A stretch of DNA of 41,172 bases from positions 1-41,172 of the IMG/VR virus record IMGVR_UViG_3300042934_000521; one strand, given 5' to 3'. Positions 13,399-21,388 of this stretch are shown in pieces; position 1 is the first letter of the stretch, and every line of letters starts with the position of its first letter. This DNA comes from a virus. The notes below the pieces were generated by a model. That model saw only the letters and a program-made list of their open reading frames with translations, made no database searches and had not been told where the DNA came from. Both the position numbers and the translations under genes were made by a program.

Positions 13399-14225
13399 CC
13401 GCACCAACCTTGATCGAACTCCCCGACATCGAGCAGGGAACGGAAGAGTGGCACGACCAGCGCCGGGGGATTGTGACGGCATCCGTCGTCGGCAACCTCA
13501 TCACCACTCGATCGCTGACGGCAATCGACTATGCGTGCCCGGCCTGTGATGCACCGGCGAACGACGCGTGCCGAAGCAAGGTGAAGGCGGGCGCGACAAT
13601 CAAGACGCTGCACTCGGAGCGTGCCGAGGTCGCGCGCCGCAGTACCTCGAGCATCGTGTTTGAGACCGCCCGGAATGACACGTCTCGCAGTGTGACAGCC
13701 CTTTTAGTGGCCGAACGCATCACCAACTGGACTGATCCGACGTACATCAGCGACGACATGCTGCGCGGTATCGAAGACGAACCGCGGGCGCGCGACAAGT
13801 ACGCCGAGTGGATGGACGTGCCAGTTCGCGAGACCGGGTTCATGATCCGCGAACACAACGGCGTCAGGCTCGGCTACTCACCAGACGGGGTAGTCGGCGA
13901 CGAGGGACTGATCGAGGTCAAGTCTCGTCGACAGAAGAAGCAGGTTGAAACCGTGATCGCCGGTCACCCGCCGACCGAGAACATGGCTCAACTGCAGTGC
14001 GGGCTTTTGGTGTCCGGCCGCAAGTGGATCGACTACATCAGCTACTCCGGCGGCATGCATCTGTGGGTTAAGCGCGTCTACCCGGATCAGCGTTGGTTCG
14101 ACGCAATCACCGCGGCAGTCGACGCCTTCGAAGCGAACGCTGCCGAAATGATCCGAATCTACGAAGAGTCGGTCGACGGATTCCCTCTCACTGAACGGGT
14201 CATCGAAATGGAAATGGTGATCTGA
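13395..14225 (+). CDS. YqaJ/lambda-Exo-type recombination exonuclease (276 aa)
   Basis: EQGTEEWHDQRRGIVTAS..., GIEDEPRARDKY, YSPDG...LIEVKSR and AQLQCGLLVSG motifs. Confidence 0.85.
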   Translation: MTAPTLIELPDIEQGTEEWHDQRRGIVTASVVGNLITTRSLTAIDYACPACDAPANDACRSKVKAGATIKTLHSERAEVARRSTSSIVFETARNDTSRSVTALLVAERITNWTDPTYISDDMLRGIEDEPRARDKYAEWMDVPVRETGFMIREHNGVRLGYSPDGVVGDEGLIEVKSRRQKKQVETVIAGHPPTENMAQLQCGLLVSGRKWIDYISYSGGMHLWVKRVYPDQRWFDAITAAVDAFEANAAEMIRIYEESVDGFPLTERVIEMEMVI

Positions 14226-14227
14226 CC

Positions 14228-14539
14228 ATGGATCTCGTAACCATTGAATGCTCCCGACCCGGCGATGACTACTCGCTGTTCGTCTCTGCAACAAATCTGG
14301 ATGTGCACCTGGCCGGTCCAGGCGAGCGGGGCGGAACGGGCGCGATTCTGTGCGGCTTCGATCGCTTTGCCCGGGATGACGACGGTCGATATCGCGTCGG
14401 GTTCTCTGTTGGTGGTGGTGTCAGCGGCCCGAGCTACAACCACCGCCCATGTGCGGAGTGTGCCGAACTGATCAACGGTCGCCCGATCAGCGGAACTCAC
14501 AAGAACCTTTTCGCAGCTCCATTGAAACAGGAGGCATGA
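14228..14539 (+). CDS. Hypothetical protein (103 aa)
   Basis: Track ORF. Begins 2 nt after the upstream stop. Confidence 0.55.
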   Translation: MDLVTIECSRPGDDYSLFVSATNLDVHLAGPGERGGTGAILCGFDRFARDDDGRYRVGFSVGGGVSGPSYNHRPCAECAELINGRPISGTHKNLFAAPLKQEA

Positions 14540-15135
14540 CCATGGATCTCACGGATTCTCTTGCTCCGAAGTCCGACCAACTCAACGCGGATGACTTGCT
14601 CGCCGGACCTCGCACCGTGACGGTCGAGAAGGTGACCCCAGGCTCAGCCGAGCAGCCGGTGAACATCAACCTCGTCGAATTCCCAGGCAGGCCTTTCCGT
14701 CCCAGCAAGTCGATGCGGCGGGTGCTCGTCAAGGCATGGGGGCCGGACGCTGCAAAGTACGTCGGGCGACGCATGACGATCTACACCGACCCGACTGTCC
14801 GCTTCGGAGGGCAAGAAGTGGGCGGGATACGAGTCAGCCACGTCTCACACATCGAGAAGCGCGTGCCAACGAATCTCACTGTGACGCGCGGCCGACGAGC
14901 TATCTGGAATGTTGACCCGCTGCCTGACGGTCCTCCGGTGATCACGAGTGAGCAGGCCGACGACATCGCAGCACTCATCGCCAACGCTGCCGACAAGTCC
15001 GAACTCGACGCGATCAGCGCACAGCTCAAGACATTCGACCTGGCCGACCACCGCGGCCGGTTGCTCGAGCTCTGGAAGAACCGCCTCGCCGAGGTTGGCA
15101 CCGAAGGTCAGATCCCGCTGACATCCGACTCCTGA
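14536..15135 (+). CDS. Hypothetical protein (199 aa; alternative ATG 14542 is better spaced from GGAGG); possible ssDNA-binding/annealing partner of the exonuclease
   Basis: ATGA overlap. Position follows the exonuclease. No motif recognised. Confidence 0.55.
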   Translation: MTMDLTDSLAPKSDQLNADDLLAGPRTVTVEKVTPGSAEQPVNINLVEFPGRPFRPSKSMRRVLVKAWGPDAAKYVGRRMTIYTDPTVRFGGQEVGGIRVSHVSHIEKRVPTNLTVTRGRRAIWNVDPLPDGPPVITSEQADDIAALIANAADKSELDAISAQLKTFDLADHRGRLLELWKNRLAEVGTEGQIPLTSDS

Positions 15136-15146
15136 AAGGACTTGGC

Positions 15147-15290
15147 ATGGAGACCGAGAAATGCCCGGTCTGCTGGCGATGGATCGCGGTCAGCAGCTCG
15201 TGGCGCATGAGGCAGCACGACGACACAGCAGGCAATCCGTGCCTGATGTCGGGACATGAAACCCCACCCGAGATGAGTAGGTCGGCGTAA
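15147..15290 (+). CDS. Unlisted small Cys-containing protein (47 aa): METEKCPVCWRW...
   Basis: Hand translation without stops. GC3 ~78%. Ends at TAA immediately before the next ATG. Confidence 0.45.
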   Translation: METEKCPVCWRWIAVSSSWRMRQHDDTAGNPCLMSGHETPPEMSRSA

Positions 15291-16085
15291 ATGGAGTGGT
15301 TCGCACTGTCGTCGAAGTACTACATCGACCTCGACGACGAAGGTGTTTCCGAGAAGGCGCAGACCCTTCTTACGCGGATCTGCGGGTACATTGCCGACAA
15401 CGAAACGTCCGGATATATCGCAAAAAGTGCGCTGAAAAAGCTCGGTTTGTCGTCCGTTTCTCGGCGAACTGATGAGCTGATTCGTGAACGAATCATCGTC
15501 GAAACCGAGGATGGTTTGGGGTACGACGTACCGGCCTGGTTTAAGTGGAATGAGGCACTGGAACGCCTGGTCAGGAAGCGAAAGGCAGATCGGGACCGGA
15601 TCGCGGACAAGCGTCGGCAGAGCCAAAATGTCGCGCGACTGTCGCAAAATGTCGCAGAACCACATAGACAGTTACATAAAGAGATAACTGAAGTTGTAGA
15701 GGTATCTCACCTAAGTAGCACGCGAGAAATCGACGCTCCCTCGATCGAATCTTCGGAGTTGGGGCCGCGGTGCGAACGGCATCTCGCCGACCCGAATCCG
15801 CCTCCGTGCCGCGGCTGCGCTGACGCCAGACGAACCGCCGAAGCCACTGCAGCGCAGGAGGCGGCCGACTGGCAGCGCATCAAGTCCGAAGCCGCGCGAC
15901 GGCGAGCGGACCTCATTCAGGAATCGATCGACGAGTGCGGAATGTGCGACGACCGCGGCTACTTCGGGACCACCGTCTGCAACCACGATCCGAACATCGT
16001 CGACACCGCCAAACGCGGCATGGCTCAAGTCCGCGCAGCCCTCGCTAAGAACGCGAAACAAGCAGCAGGCAGGCAAGCCCCCTAA
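15291..16085 (+). CDS. Putative replication initiator/replisome organiser (264 aa): winged-helix-like N-domain, AT-rich linker, Cys-rich C-domain
   Basis: Track ORF. C-terminal CERH..CRGC....ECGMCDDRGY..CNHD. An internal iteron and AT-rich patch recalls lambda O/ori. Confidence 0.5.
   Translation: MEWFALSSKYYIDLDDEGVSEKAQTLLTRICGYIADNETSGYIAKSALKKLGLSSVSRRTDELIRERIIVETEDGLGYDVPAWFKWNEALERLVRKRKADRDRIADKRRQSQNVARLSQNVAEPHRQLHKEITEVVEVSHLSSTREIDAPSIESSELGPRCERHLADPNPPPCRGCADARRTAEATAAQEAADWQRIKSEAARRRADLIQESIDECGMCDDRGYFGTTVCNHDPNIVDTAKRGMAQVRAALAKNAKQAAGRQAP
15624..15720. promoter_or_regulatory. ori-like element inside the initiator gene: phased TGTCGC repeats plus a 37% GC patch
   Basis: CAAAATGTCGC at 15624-34 and 15645-55. 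TGTCGC at 15629, 15640 and 15650 (11- and 10-nt phase). Bases 15661-15720 count 22/60 GC. Confidence 0.5.
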
Positions 16086-16141
16086 CCCCACCCTGTTCGT
16101 GCGCCACCGTTGCGCACGGCCCCAGCAATCAAGGACTGGAT

Positions 16142-16300
16142 ATGGCTAACGAACCCGAACTGTTCACCAAACTTTCGATCTGCAACGCATGCGGCGCGAT
16201 CGTCGTCAACGAAAACCACCACAAGGCATTCCACGAACAGATCCTCAGGGCATTCGAGGATCACGCCGAGGCCATCAAGAAGGTGGCGAAGAGCCGATGA
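16142..16300 (+). CDS. Unlisted hypothetical protein (52 aa)
   Basis: Hand translation MANEPELFTKLSICNACGAIVVNENHHKAFHEQ.... ATGA overlap with rusA at 16297. Confidence 0.5.
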   Translation: MANEPELFTKLSICNACGAIVVNENHHKAFHEQILRAFEDHAEAIKKVAKSR

Positions 16301-16731
16301 CGAACACAGCCACACTTCAACTCCCATACGCAAAACCGCCGCTGTCCATGAATGACGGTGGAACCACCAAAGGCGCCCGATTCGCGAAAGCGCGAGTGAT
16401 CAAGCAACTCCGCTCCGACATCGTGAAACTCGCAGTCGCAGCACAGCTCCCGAAAGACGTCGCACACCTCACCGCGACCCTGCATTACCAACCACGCGAT
16501 AACCGGGCACGCGACACCGGAAACCTCATGGCAACCGTCAAAGCCCTCGTCGACGGACTCACGCCCCACCGAGTCGTAGAAACCAAGCGCGGCACCAAAG
16601 TCCACGTCGGCTACGGCATGGTCGCCGACGACTCGAGCCGCATCGTCTCGACACCCGAACCCGTCATCCATGAGGCCGTCAAAGGCCAACCGCCCGCACT
16701 CTGGCTCGAAATCGAATGGAGCACGAAATGA
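16297..16731 (+). CDS. rusA: RusA-family Holliday junction resolvase (144 aa)
   Basis: PPLSMN..., RDNRARDTGNLMATVKALVDGL, GMVADDSSRIV motifs. Confidence 0.8.
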   Translation: MTNTATLQLPYAKPPLSMNDGGTTKGARFAKARVIKQLRSDIVKLAVAAQLPKDVAHLTATLHYQPRDNRARDTGNLMATVKALVDGLTPHRVVETKRGTKVHVGYGMVADDSSRIVSTPEPVIHEAVKGQPPALWLEIEWSTK

Positions 16732-16904
16732 CCATCGTCAAAATCACCGTCGTCTCACCGATGGGTGACGTCGAAGTCGAGCAAAGAGACCCTGTCCAAC
16801 AATTCGGCACCGACACCGACTTCAACCGAGCGAAGGTCGCGAAGACACTCGCCAAAGCAATCGCCCAAATCCACGCCGCATACGGAATCGAGGAGAGCTC
16901 ATGA
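16728..16904 (+). CDS. Hypothetical protein (58 aa)
   Basis: ATGA overlap at 16728. Track ORF 16716..16904 trimmed. Confidence 0.5.
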   Translation: MTIVKITVVSPMGDVEVEQRDPVQQFGTDTDFNRAKVAKTLAKAIAQIHAAYGIEESS

Positions 16905-17755
16905 CCGACATCAGGATCACTCCGAGTCCATACGGAACTTGGGAGTACATCCCTCCCGGCGGTATGGCACTCACCGCCGAACAGGTGGAGAACGTGCGGG
17001 CAGCGCGAGAGGGATTGAGAGGGTATCGCAACTTCACCGGGTACGCCCGGTTTCACGTGAACCAGCTCGTTGCAGCGATCGACGCCCTGTTCCCGGCAAC
17101 CGAACCCGCCGAGGACGCGAAGCCGTGCGGGTCGAACAGCGTCACTCTCGGATGGTGCAAGCTGACTGCCCGGCATGAAGGCCTACACACGAACGGAACC
17201 TACTTGTGGGGCACTCCGAGTGAGCCAGACCCGCCTACCCCTGCCGAACCCGCCGAGGAGGAGACGAAAGCGGGGGAGCATCGCAGCGTCATCCACTCGA
17301 ACCGCACCATCAAGACTGTTGGTGAAGCACTCAGTTACGCCGAAACGGCGCTACTCAGCGCGTATCCCGACTCGGGCCAGCGGGCGCGTTACGCCGAGGT
17401 GATCGCTGAACTGCTGCGTGATGTTGCTCGCCAGCGTCCGGTCGGCAGCAACGGTAAGCACGGCGAGCTGCACACTTCGACGTGTGGTTGCGAAGCCGTC
17501 ACCTTCTCCGCGCCGGTTGTCGAGGAGGAGACGAAAGCGGAGACAGGGTTAGGGGCTGATTCGTTGGCTTACCTGGAGATGTCGAAGGCATTGTGCGACT
17601 GGATCGACGCAGATCCGCGAAGGTCCATCAATGGAGGCACCCCCTCGATGCTGATCGGCGAGGCGATGTCCGCCCTAGGTCGCGCCGGGATGAAGATCGT
17701 CACCTCCTCGCCGGTTGTCCCTGCCCCCACCGAAGCCGAAGCAGGTCACGCATGA
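16901..17755 (+). CDS. Hypothetical protein (284 aa) with an internal 20-nt direct repeat encoding EEETKA
   Basis: Track ORF. CGAGGAGGAGACGAAAGCGG occurs at 17254-73 and 17521-40. Confidence 0.6.
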   Translation: MTDIRITPSPYGTWEYIPPGGMALTAEQVENVRAAREGLRGYRNFTGYARFHVNQLVAAIDALFPATEPAEDAKPCGSNSVTLGWCKLTARHEGLHTNGTYLWGTPSEPDPPTPAEPAEEETKAGEHRSVIHSNRTIKTVGEALSYAETALLSAYPDSGQRARYAEVIAELLRDVARQRPVGSNGKHGELHTSTCGCEAVTFSAPVVEEETKAETGLGADSLAYLEMSKALCDWIDADPRRSINGGTPSMLIGEAMSALGRAGMKIVTSSPVVPAPTEAEAGHA

Positions 17756-18330
17756 GCATCATCGAAGTTGGACAAGCGAGCCGAACCAATGGATGGCTCG
17801 GTGGCGAGAACCAGAACCAAGGCGGAAAGCAGCGTGAGACACGATGGCTGACACCACGTCACCTCACCGACCCGCTCGGACACTTCGACCTAGACCCGGC
17901 AGGTGCACCAGGACATTCGATCGCCATACGGACACTCCTACTCGAGAATGGTGACGATGGCCTGGTTGACGAGTGGTCGGGTCGAATCTGGCTCAACCCG
18001 CCATATGGAAAGCAGTTGGAGCCGTTCATGTCCCGACTCGCAGATCACGGCAACGGAATCGCCCTCGTCTTCGCACGCACCGAGACCAGTTGGTTCCAGG
18101 AATTCGTCTGGGGTCGAGCAACGTCGGTGATGTTCCTCAAAGGCCGGGTCACATTCTTGGATGCAAACCGGGTCAAGGCTCCGGCTAATGCGGGCGCTCC
18201 TTCGTGCCTGGTTGCATACGGCGAGAACAACTATCAGGCAATCGAGGACTCCGGACTTCCCGGATGCCATGTCCACTTGCGCTACGGACTTCCGAACCTC
18301 GCTCCGTTCGTTGCGGTCGAGGAGGGGTGA
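17752..18330 (+). CDS. DNA N6-adenine methyltransferase, phage Dam type (192 aa)
   Basis: ATGA overlap. FDLDPA..., IWLNPPYG (NPPY catalytic motif), ALVFARTETSWF. Confidence 0.8.
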   Translation: MSIIEVGQASRTNGWLGGENQNQGGKQRETRWLTPRHLTDPLGHFDLDPAGAPGHSIAIRTLLLENGDDGLVDEWSGRIWLNPPYGKQLEPFMSRLADHGNGIALVFARTETSWFQEFVWGRATSVMFLKGRVTFLDANRVKAPANAGAPSCLVAYGENNYQAIEDSGLPGCHVHLRYGLPNLAPFVAVEEG

Positions 18331-18332
18331 GC

Positions 18333-18539
18333 ATGAGCATGGAGCGCATCCGTGACTACTACGGTGTGCCAGCGAAACGTGGTTCGCGAGTGAAGTACAC
18401 GTGGCGTAACCCGGGCAGGCTTGGGACTGTCGTTGGATCGCAGTCGCAATACTTGCGCGTCCGATTTGACGACAAGCCGAAACGCATCTTCACCCTGCAC
18501 GCGACTTGGGAACTCGAATTCGTGGGGGTGGCGGCGTGA
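18333..18539 (+). CDS. Hypothetical protein (68 aa)
   Basis: ATG lies 2 nt after the upstream stop. Internal start of track ORF 18204..18539. Confidence 0.5.
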   Translation: MSMERIRDYYGVPAKRGSRVKYTWRNPGRLGTVVGSQSQYLRVRFDDKPKRIFTLHATWELEFVGVAA

Positions 18540-18751
18540 CTGGGGTGGATGTTGAGCACACGAAAACGCCCGAAAAGCCTTGCGATCACTGCGCCCTGAT
18601 ATGGCAAGGCTGGGCCCGAGCTGTCGAGCGAGTCCAAGCACTGCACACGCCTGATGGGTTCGGGATGTGCGAAGGCTGCGGAGACAACGAGCACGGATAC
18701 GCCATCGTCCCGCACCCCTGCCCCACGATCCGAGAATTGGAGACACCATGA
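18536..18751 (+). CDS. Small Cys/His-rich protein (71 aa)
   Basis: GTGA overlap. CDHC....CEGCGDNEHG..PHPC. Confidence 0.5.
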   Translation: MTGVDVEHTKTPEKPCDHCALIWQGWARAVERVQALHTPDGFGMCEGCGDNEHGYAIVPHPCPTIRELETP

Positions 18752-18942
18752 GTGAGACCAACTGGGTTGTACTGACGCCCGAACAAGAAGCTGAGATCAA
18801 CGCATTGCCGTGCATCATGACGTACACGCCGCCGTTCGACTTCGCCCAATGTGAGCGCCACGACACGACATTCGCACTCGGAGATGTATGCAAGTACCAC
18901 ACGACGCACACACCGGACTGCGGTTGCGAGGTGTCGTCGTGA
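18748..18942 (+). CDS. Small Cys-containing protein (64 aa)
   Basis: ATGA overlap. Internal start of track ORF 18667..18942. Confidence 0.5.
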   Translation: MSETNWVVLTPEQEAEINALPCIMTYTPPFDFAQCERHDTTFALGDVCKYHTTHTPDCGCEVSS

Positions 18943-19136
18943 CCGCGCCTGATCCGGTGACCAACACCTACCTGGTCGCATCCTCCGCACTGATCGAGTG
19001 CCACGAATGTTCCTGCCATATCAGTCCACCTTGCGGTGAATGCGTCAACTGCAAAGTCTGCAACCCCTGTTGGACCTGCGACGAGATCCACGACGGACCA
19101 CGAGATGACAACTGCGCAGCGGAGGAGCCGCGATGA
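18939..19136 (+). CDS. Extremely Cys-rich mini-protein (65 aa; CHECSCHISPPCGECVNCKVCNPCWTCDE)
   Basis: GTGA overlap. 12 Cys counted in the translation. Confidence 0.5.
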   Translation: MTAPDPVTNTYLVASSALIECHECSCHISPPCGECVNCKVCNPCWTCDEIHDGPRDDNCAAEEPR

Positions 19137-19609
19137 CCGCGCCTGATCCGGGGTTGACCGACCTCATCGCAGCAGAGGTCGGCACCCACGTCGTAGAGAC
19201 TGTGACTGCGATCGATCAACTTCCCTGGAGCTATCGAGAGGGTCGGGACGGATACCTTCTCGACTGCCGCTGCGGGGCCGAGGTCAATTGCCCGCAAGCC
19301 GAGTTCAACGCCGCACCGGTGGATAGCACGTCGGGTGCGTTGGCGTACATGATTCGCGAACACGTTGCCGCGCATGTGGCGTCGGTGGTGGAGCAGCACA
19401 CCAACGGGCGGATGGCAGAACTCGAAGCGGCCGTACGCAAACGCATCCAACTATTGCGCGAGCATGACGGATTTGGTGCGGCCCACGCAGACGGATACAT
19501 GGGCATGAACTGGACCGCTTACTACGAGGGTGCAAATCAGGCGCAAGTGATGGCAGCAGCAGATCTTGAGAACGACCTCCGCGCAGCTTTGGAAGGGGAA
19601 CAGCAATGA
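19133..19609 (+). CDS. Hypothetical protein (158 aa)
   Basis: ATGA overlap. Track ORF. Confidence 0.6.
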   Translation: MTAPDPGLTDLIAAEVGTHVVETVTAIDQLPWSYREGRDGYLLDCRCGAEVNCPQAEFNAAPVDSTSGALAYMIREHVAAHVASVVEQHTNGRMAELEAAVRKRIQLLREHDGFGAAHADGYMGMNWTAYYEGANQAQVMAAADLENDLRAALEGEQQ

Positions 19610-19791
19610 GCGAGCCGACCAAGACCTGTCCTGAATGTGGCGGGGCCGTCTCATGGACTGACGGTGGTGACGGCGTCCGCGAAGGGTCTTGCTACGGGGC
19701 CTGTGGGGGTTACCTCCGCGCCGGGCCGAGTGAGCAGGTGGAGTGCTTTCCGATGCCCTACTACCGCAAGCCTTCTGAGGAGTCGTTGTGA
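19606..19791 (+). CDS. Zinc-ribbon mini-protein (61 aa)
   Basis: ATGA overlap. CPECGG....CYGACGG. Confidence 0.55.
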   Translation: MSEPTKTCPECGGAVSWTDGGDGVREGSCYGACGGYLRAGPSEQVECFPMPYYRKPSEESL

Positions 19792-20168
19792 GTGAGATCC
19801 GATCACAGGCCACACCCGCGAGGGACGAACTGGCCGAGGCGATGGTTGACGACCTTTTTGAGGCCGAGAACTGCGGCGAGTTGATGACCTGGGATGACAA
19901 CGGCACCCCGTGGGTGAACCGGGAAGCGATCGCCGAAACGCTTGTCCCCAAAGGCTGGTCGAAGCCTCGCACGGTGAACAGCGCGACCGAACTCGACGCC
20001 CTGCCAGTGGGGTCAGTCGTCTGGACACCAGCCCTAGTAGGTCCAGTCGGTCACATCTTCGTCAAATGCGCAGGCATGTGGATTATTCCGTGGCACGACA
20101 CGGCCGAAGACCCGCTAGAGCAAAACGGCAGTGTCACCGTGGTCTTCACTCCGGGGGATGCGGGATGA
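19788..20168 (+). CDS. Hypothetical protein (126 aa)
   Basis: GTGA overlap. Track ORF. Confidence 0.6.
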   Translation: MSEIRSQATPARDELAEAMVDDLFEAENCGELMTWDDNGTPWVNREAIAETLVPKGWSKPRTVNSATELDALPVGSVVWTPALVGPVGHIFVKCAGMWIIPWHDTAEDPLEQNGSVTVVFTPGDAG

Positions 20169-20626
20169 GCGCCTGGACGGATATGGGCGCCGGCGTGCAC
20201 TGCGCGCCAACAGGAGTGCTGTATATCGATGGGCGTCCGTACGAGATGGTCGGCGTACCCCGATTCACCTCCACATCGGAGGGTGTCGATCAATTTGAGA
20301 TGACCGTCGTGCCGAAGGAGTTCTCGGTCTCGTTCACGATCGAGCGACCGAATGGGGCAGCGGAGTGGCCTGGCGGTAAACCGCCGGAATGGCTGCAGGC
20401 CGAGGCGTACGAGCACGCGCACGCATTCGCGAGCGAGTTGTCAGAGTCGAGCGGGATTCCACTGGAGGAGTGCGTGCGCGCGGTGCTGAATGTGATGTCG
20501 CCGAGGAAGCCGCAACTGCCGAAGGTCAACCCTGCCGCGAAACCGAATGCGACCCCGCCGATGTGGGTTCGAGATCCGGCGAAGACACGGAGGACCGCGT
20601 ACGGGCCGACAAGGAGGGTGAGGTGA
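20165..20626 (+). CDS. Hypothetical protein (153 aa)
   Basis: ATGA overlap at 20165. Internal start of track ORF 19910..20626. Confidence 0.6.
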   Translation: MSAWTDMGAGVHCAPTGVLYIDGRPYEMVGVPRFTSTSEGVDQFEMTVVPKEFSVSFTIERPNGAAEWPGGKPPEWLQAEAYEHAHAFASELSESSGIPLEECVRAVLNVMSPRKPQLPKVNPAAKPNATPPMWVRDPAKTRRTAYGPTRRVR

Positions 20627-20630
20627 AACA

Positions 20631-20672
20631 TGTTGTGACGCAATGTAACTGAGTGTGATATGTGGTAGAATC
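20631..20672 (+). promoter_or_regulatory. Extended -10 promoter (TGgTAGAAT) in an AT-rich gap
   Basis: TAGAAT at 20666-20671 preceded by TGg. Same TGnTAGAAT form as the promoter at 5416-5424. The -35 is weak. Confidence 0.5.
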
Positions 20673-20707
20673 ACTCCAGAGTTGCGGACTGTTGGGAAGG
20701 TGTGACC

Positions 20708-21388
20708 ATGAGCGTTGAGACGACCGAAGCGGATCACTTCTACTTCCTGTCGATGGACGGCCAGCGAACGCTCGTATCCCTGTTACGTGAGATCCCCGCC
20801 CTTGTCGACGATCTGGCGATCACGATCTGCCGTCAAGATCGCACCGGCAAGGGCGGGATGCGCATCAGCTCGGGTTCGGACGAGCAGCCGTTGCCGGTGA
20901 ACATTGCGGCCTCCGATGCGAGCGACGACCTGCAGAATGAACTGGCGGGCTGGGTGCGCCACGTCTGCGAGACACGAGGGATCGAGTATGCGGGCTCAGG
21001 TTCGATCATCAGGCTCGCGAGGTGGCTGGATCGGAACGTGATCGCACTCGCCATGACCGAGGGCAGCGAGGAGGCATACAGCACGATCGAACGCACGATG
21101 GCCAAGTGCCGCAGGGCGACAGACATTCCACTCGAGACCGAGCGTGTGGTCGATGACGCCGAGATGGAAGCAGCGCGCAATCTGCAGCTGAACGTCGACA
21201 CCATTGCCCGCTTGGCGAAAGCGCTCGGCGGACCGTGCAAGAAGCTGACGAAGCGTCGAATCAATTACCTGTCGAAGGAAGCCCACGCAGTCGAGCCGAT
21301 CAGGATCTCCGAGATGGGTAATCCAATCTTCTTGTTCGGTGACGTGGTCGATGCGCACGTAGACCTTTTAGCGAAGGCGAGTGCCTGA
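20708..21388 (+). CDS. Hypothetical protein (226 aa; alternative GTG 20702) with a C-terminal MerR/excisionase-like HTH; possible late-gene regulator
   Basis: GGGAAGG lies 7 nt upstream of ATG 20708. LNVDTIARLAKALGG..KKLTKRRINYL. Last gene before the structured leader. Confidence 0.6.
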   Translation: MSVETTEADHFYFLSMDGQRTLVSLLREIPALVDDLAITICRQDRTGKGGMRISSGSDEQPLPVNIAASDASDDLQNELAGWVRHVCETRGIEYAGSGSIIRLARWLDRNVIALAMTEGSEEAYSTIERTMAKCRRATDIPLETERVVDDAEMEAARNLQLNVDTIARLAKALGGPCKKLTKRRINYLSKEAHAVEPIRISEMGNPIFLFGDVVDAHVDLLAKASA

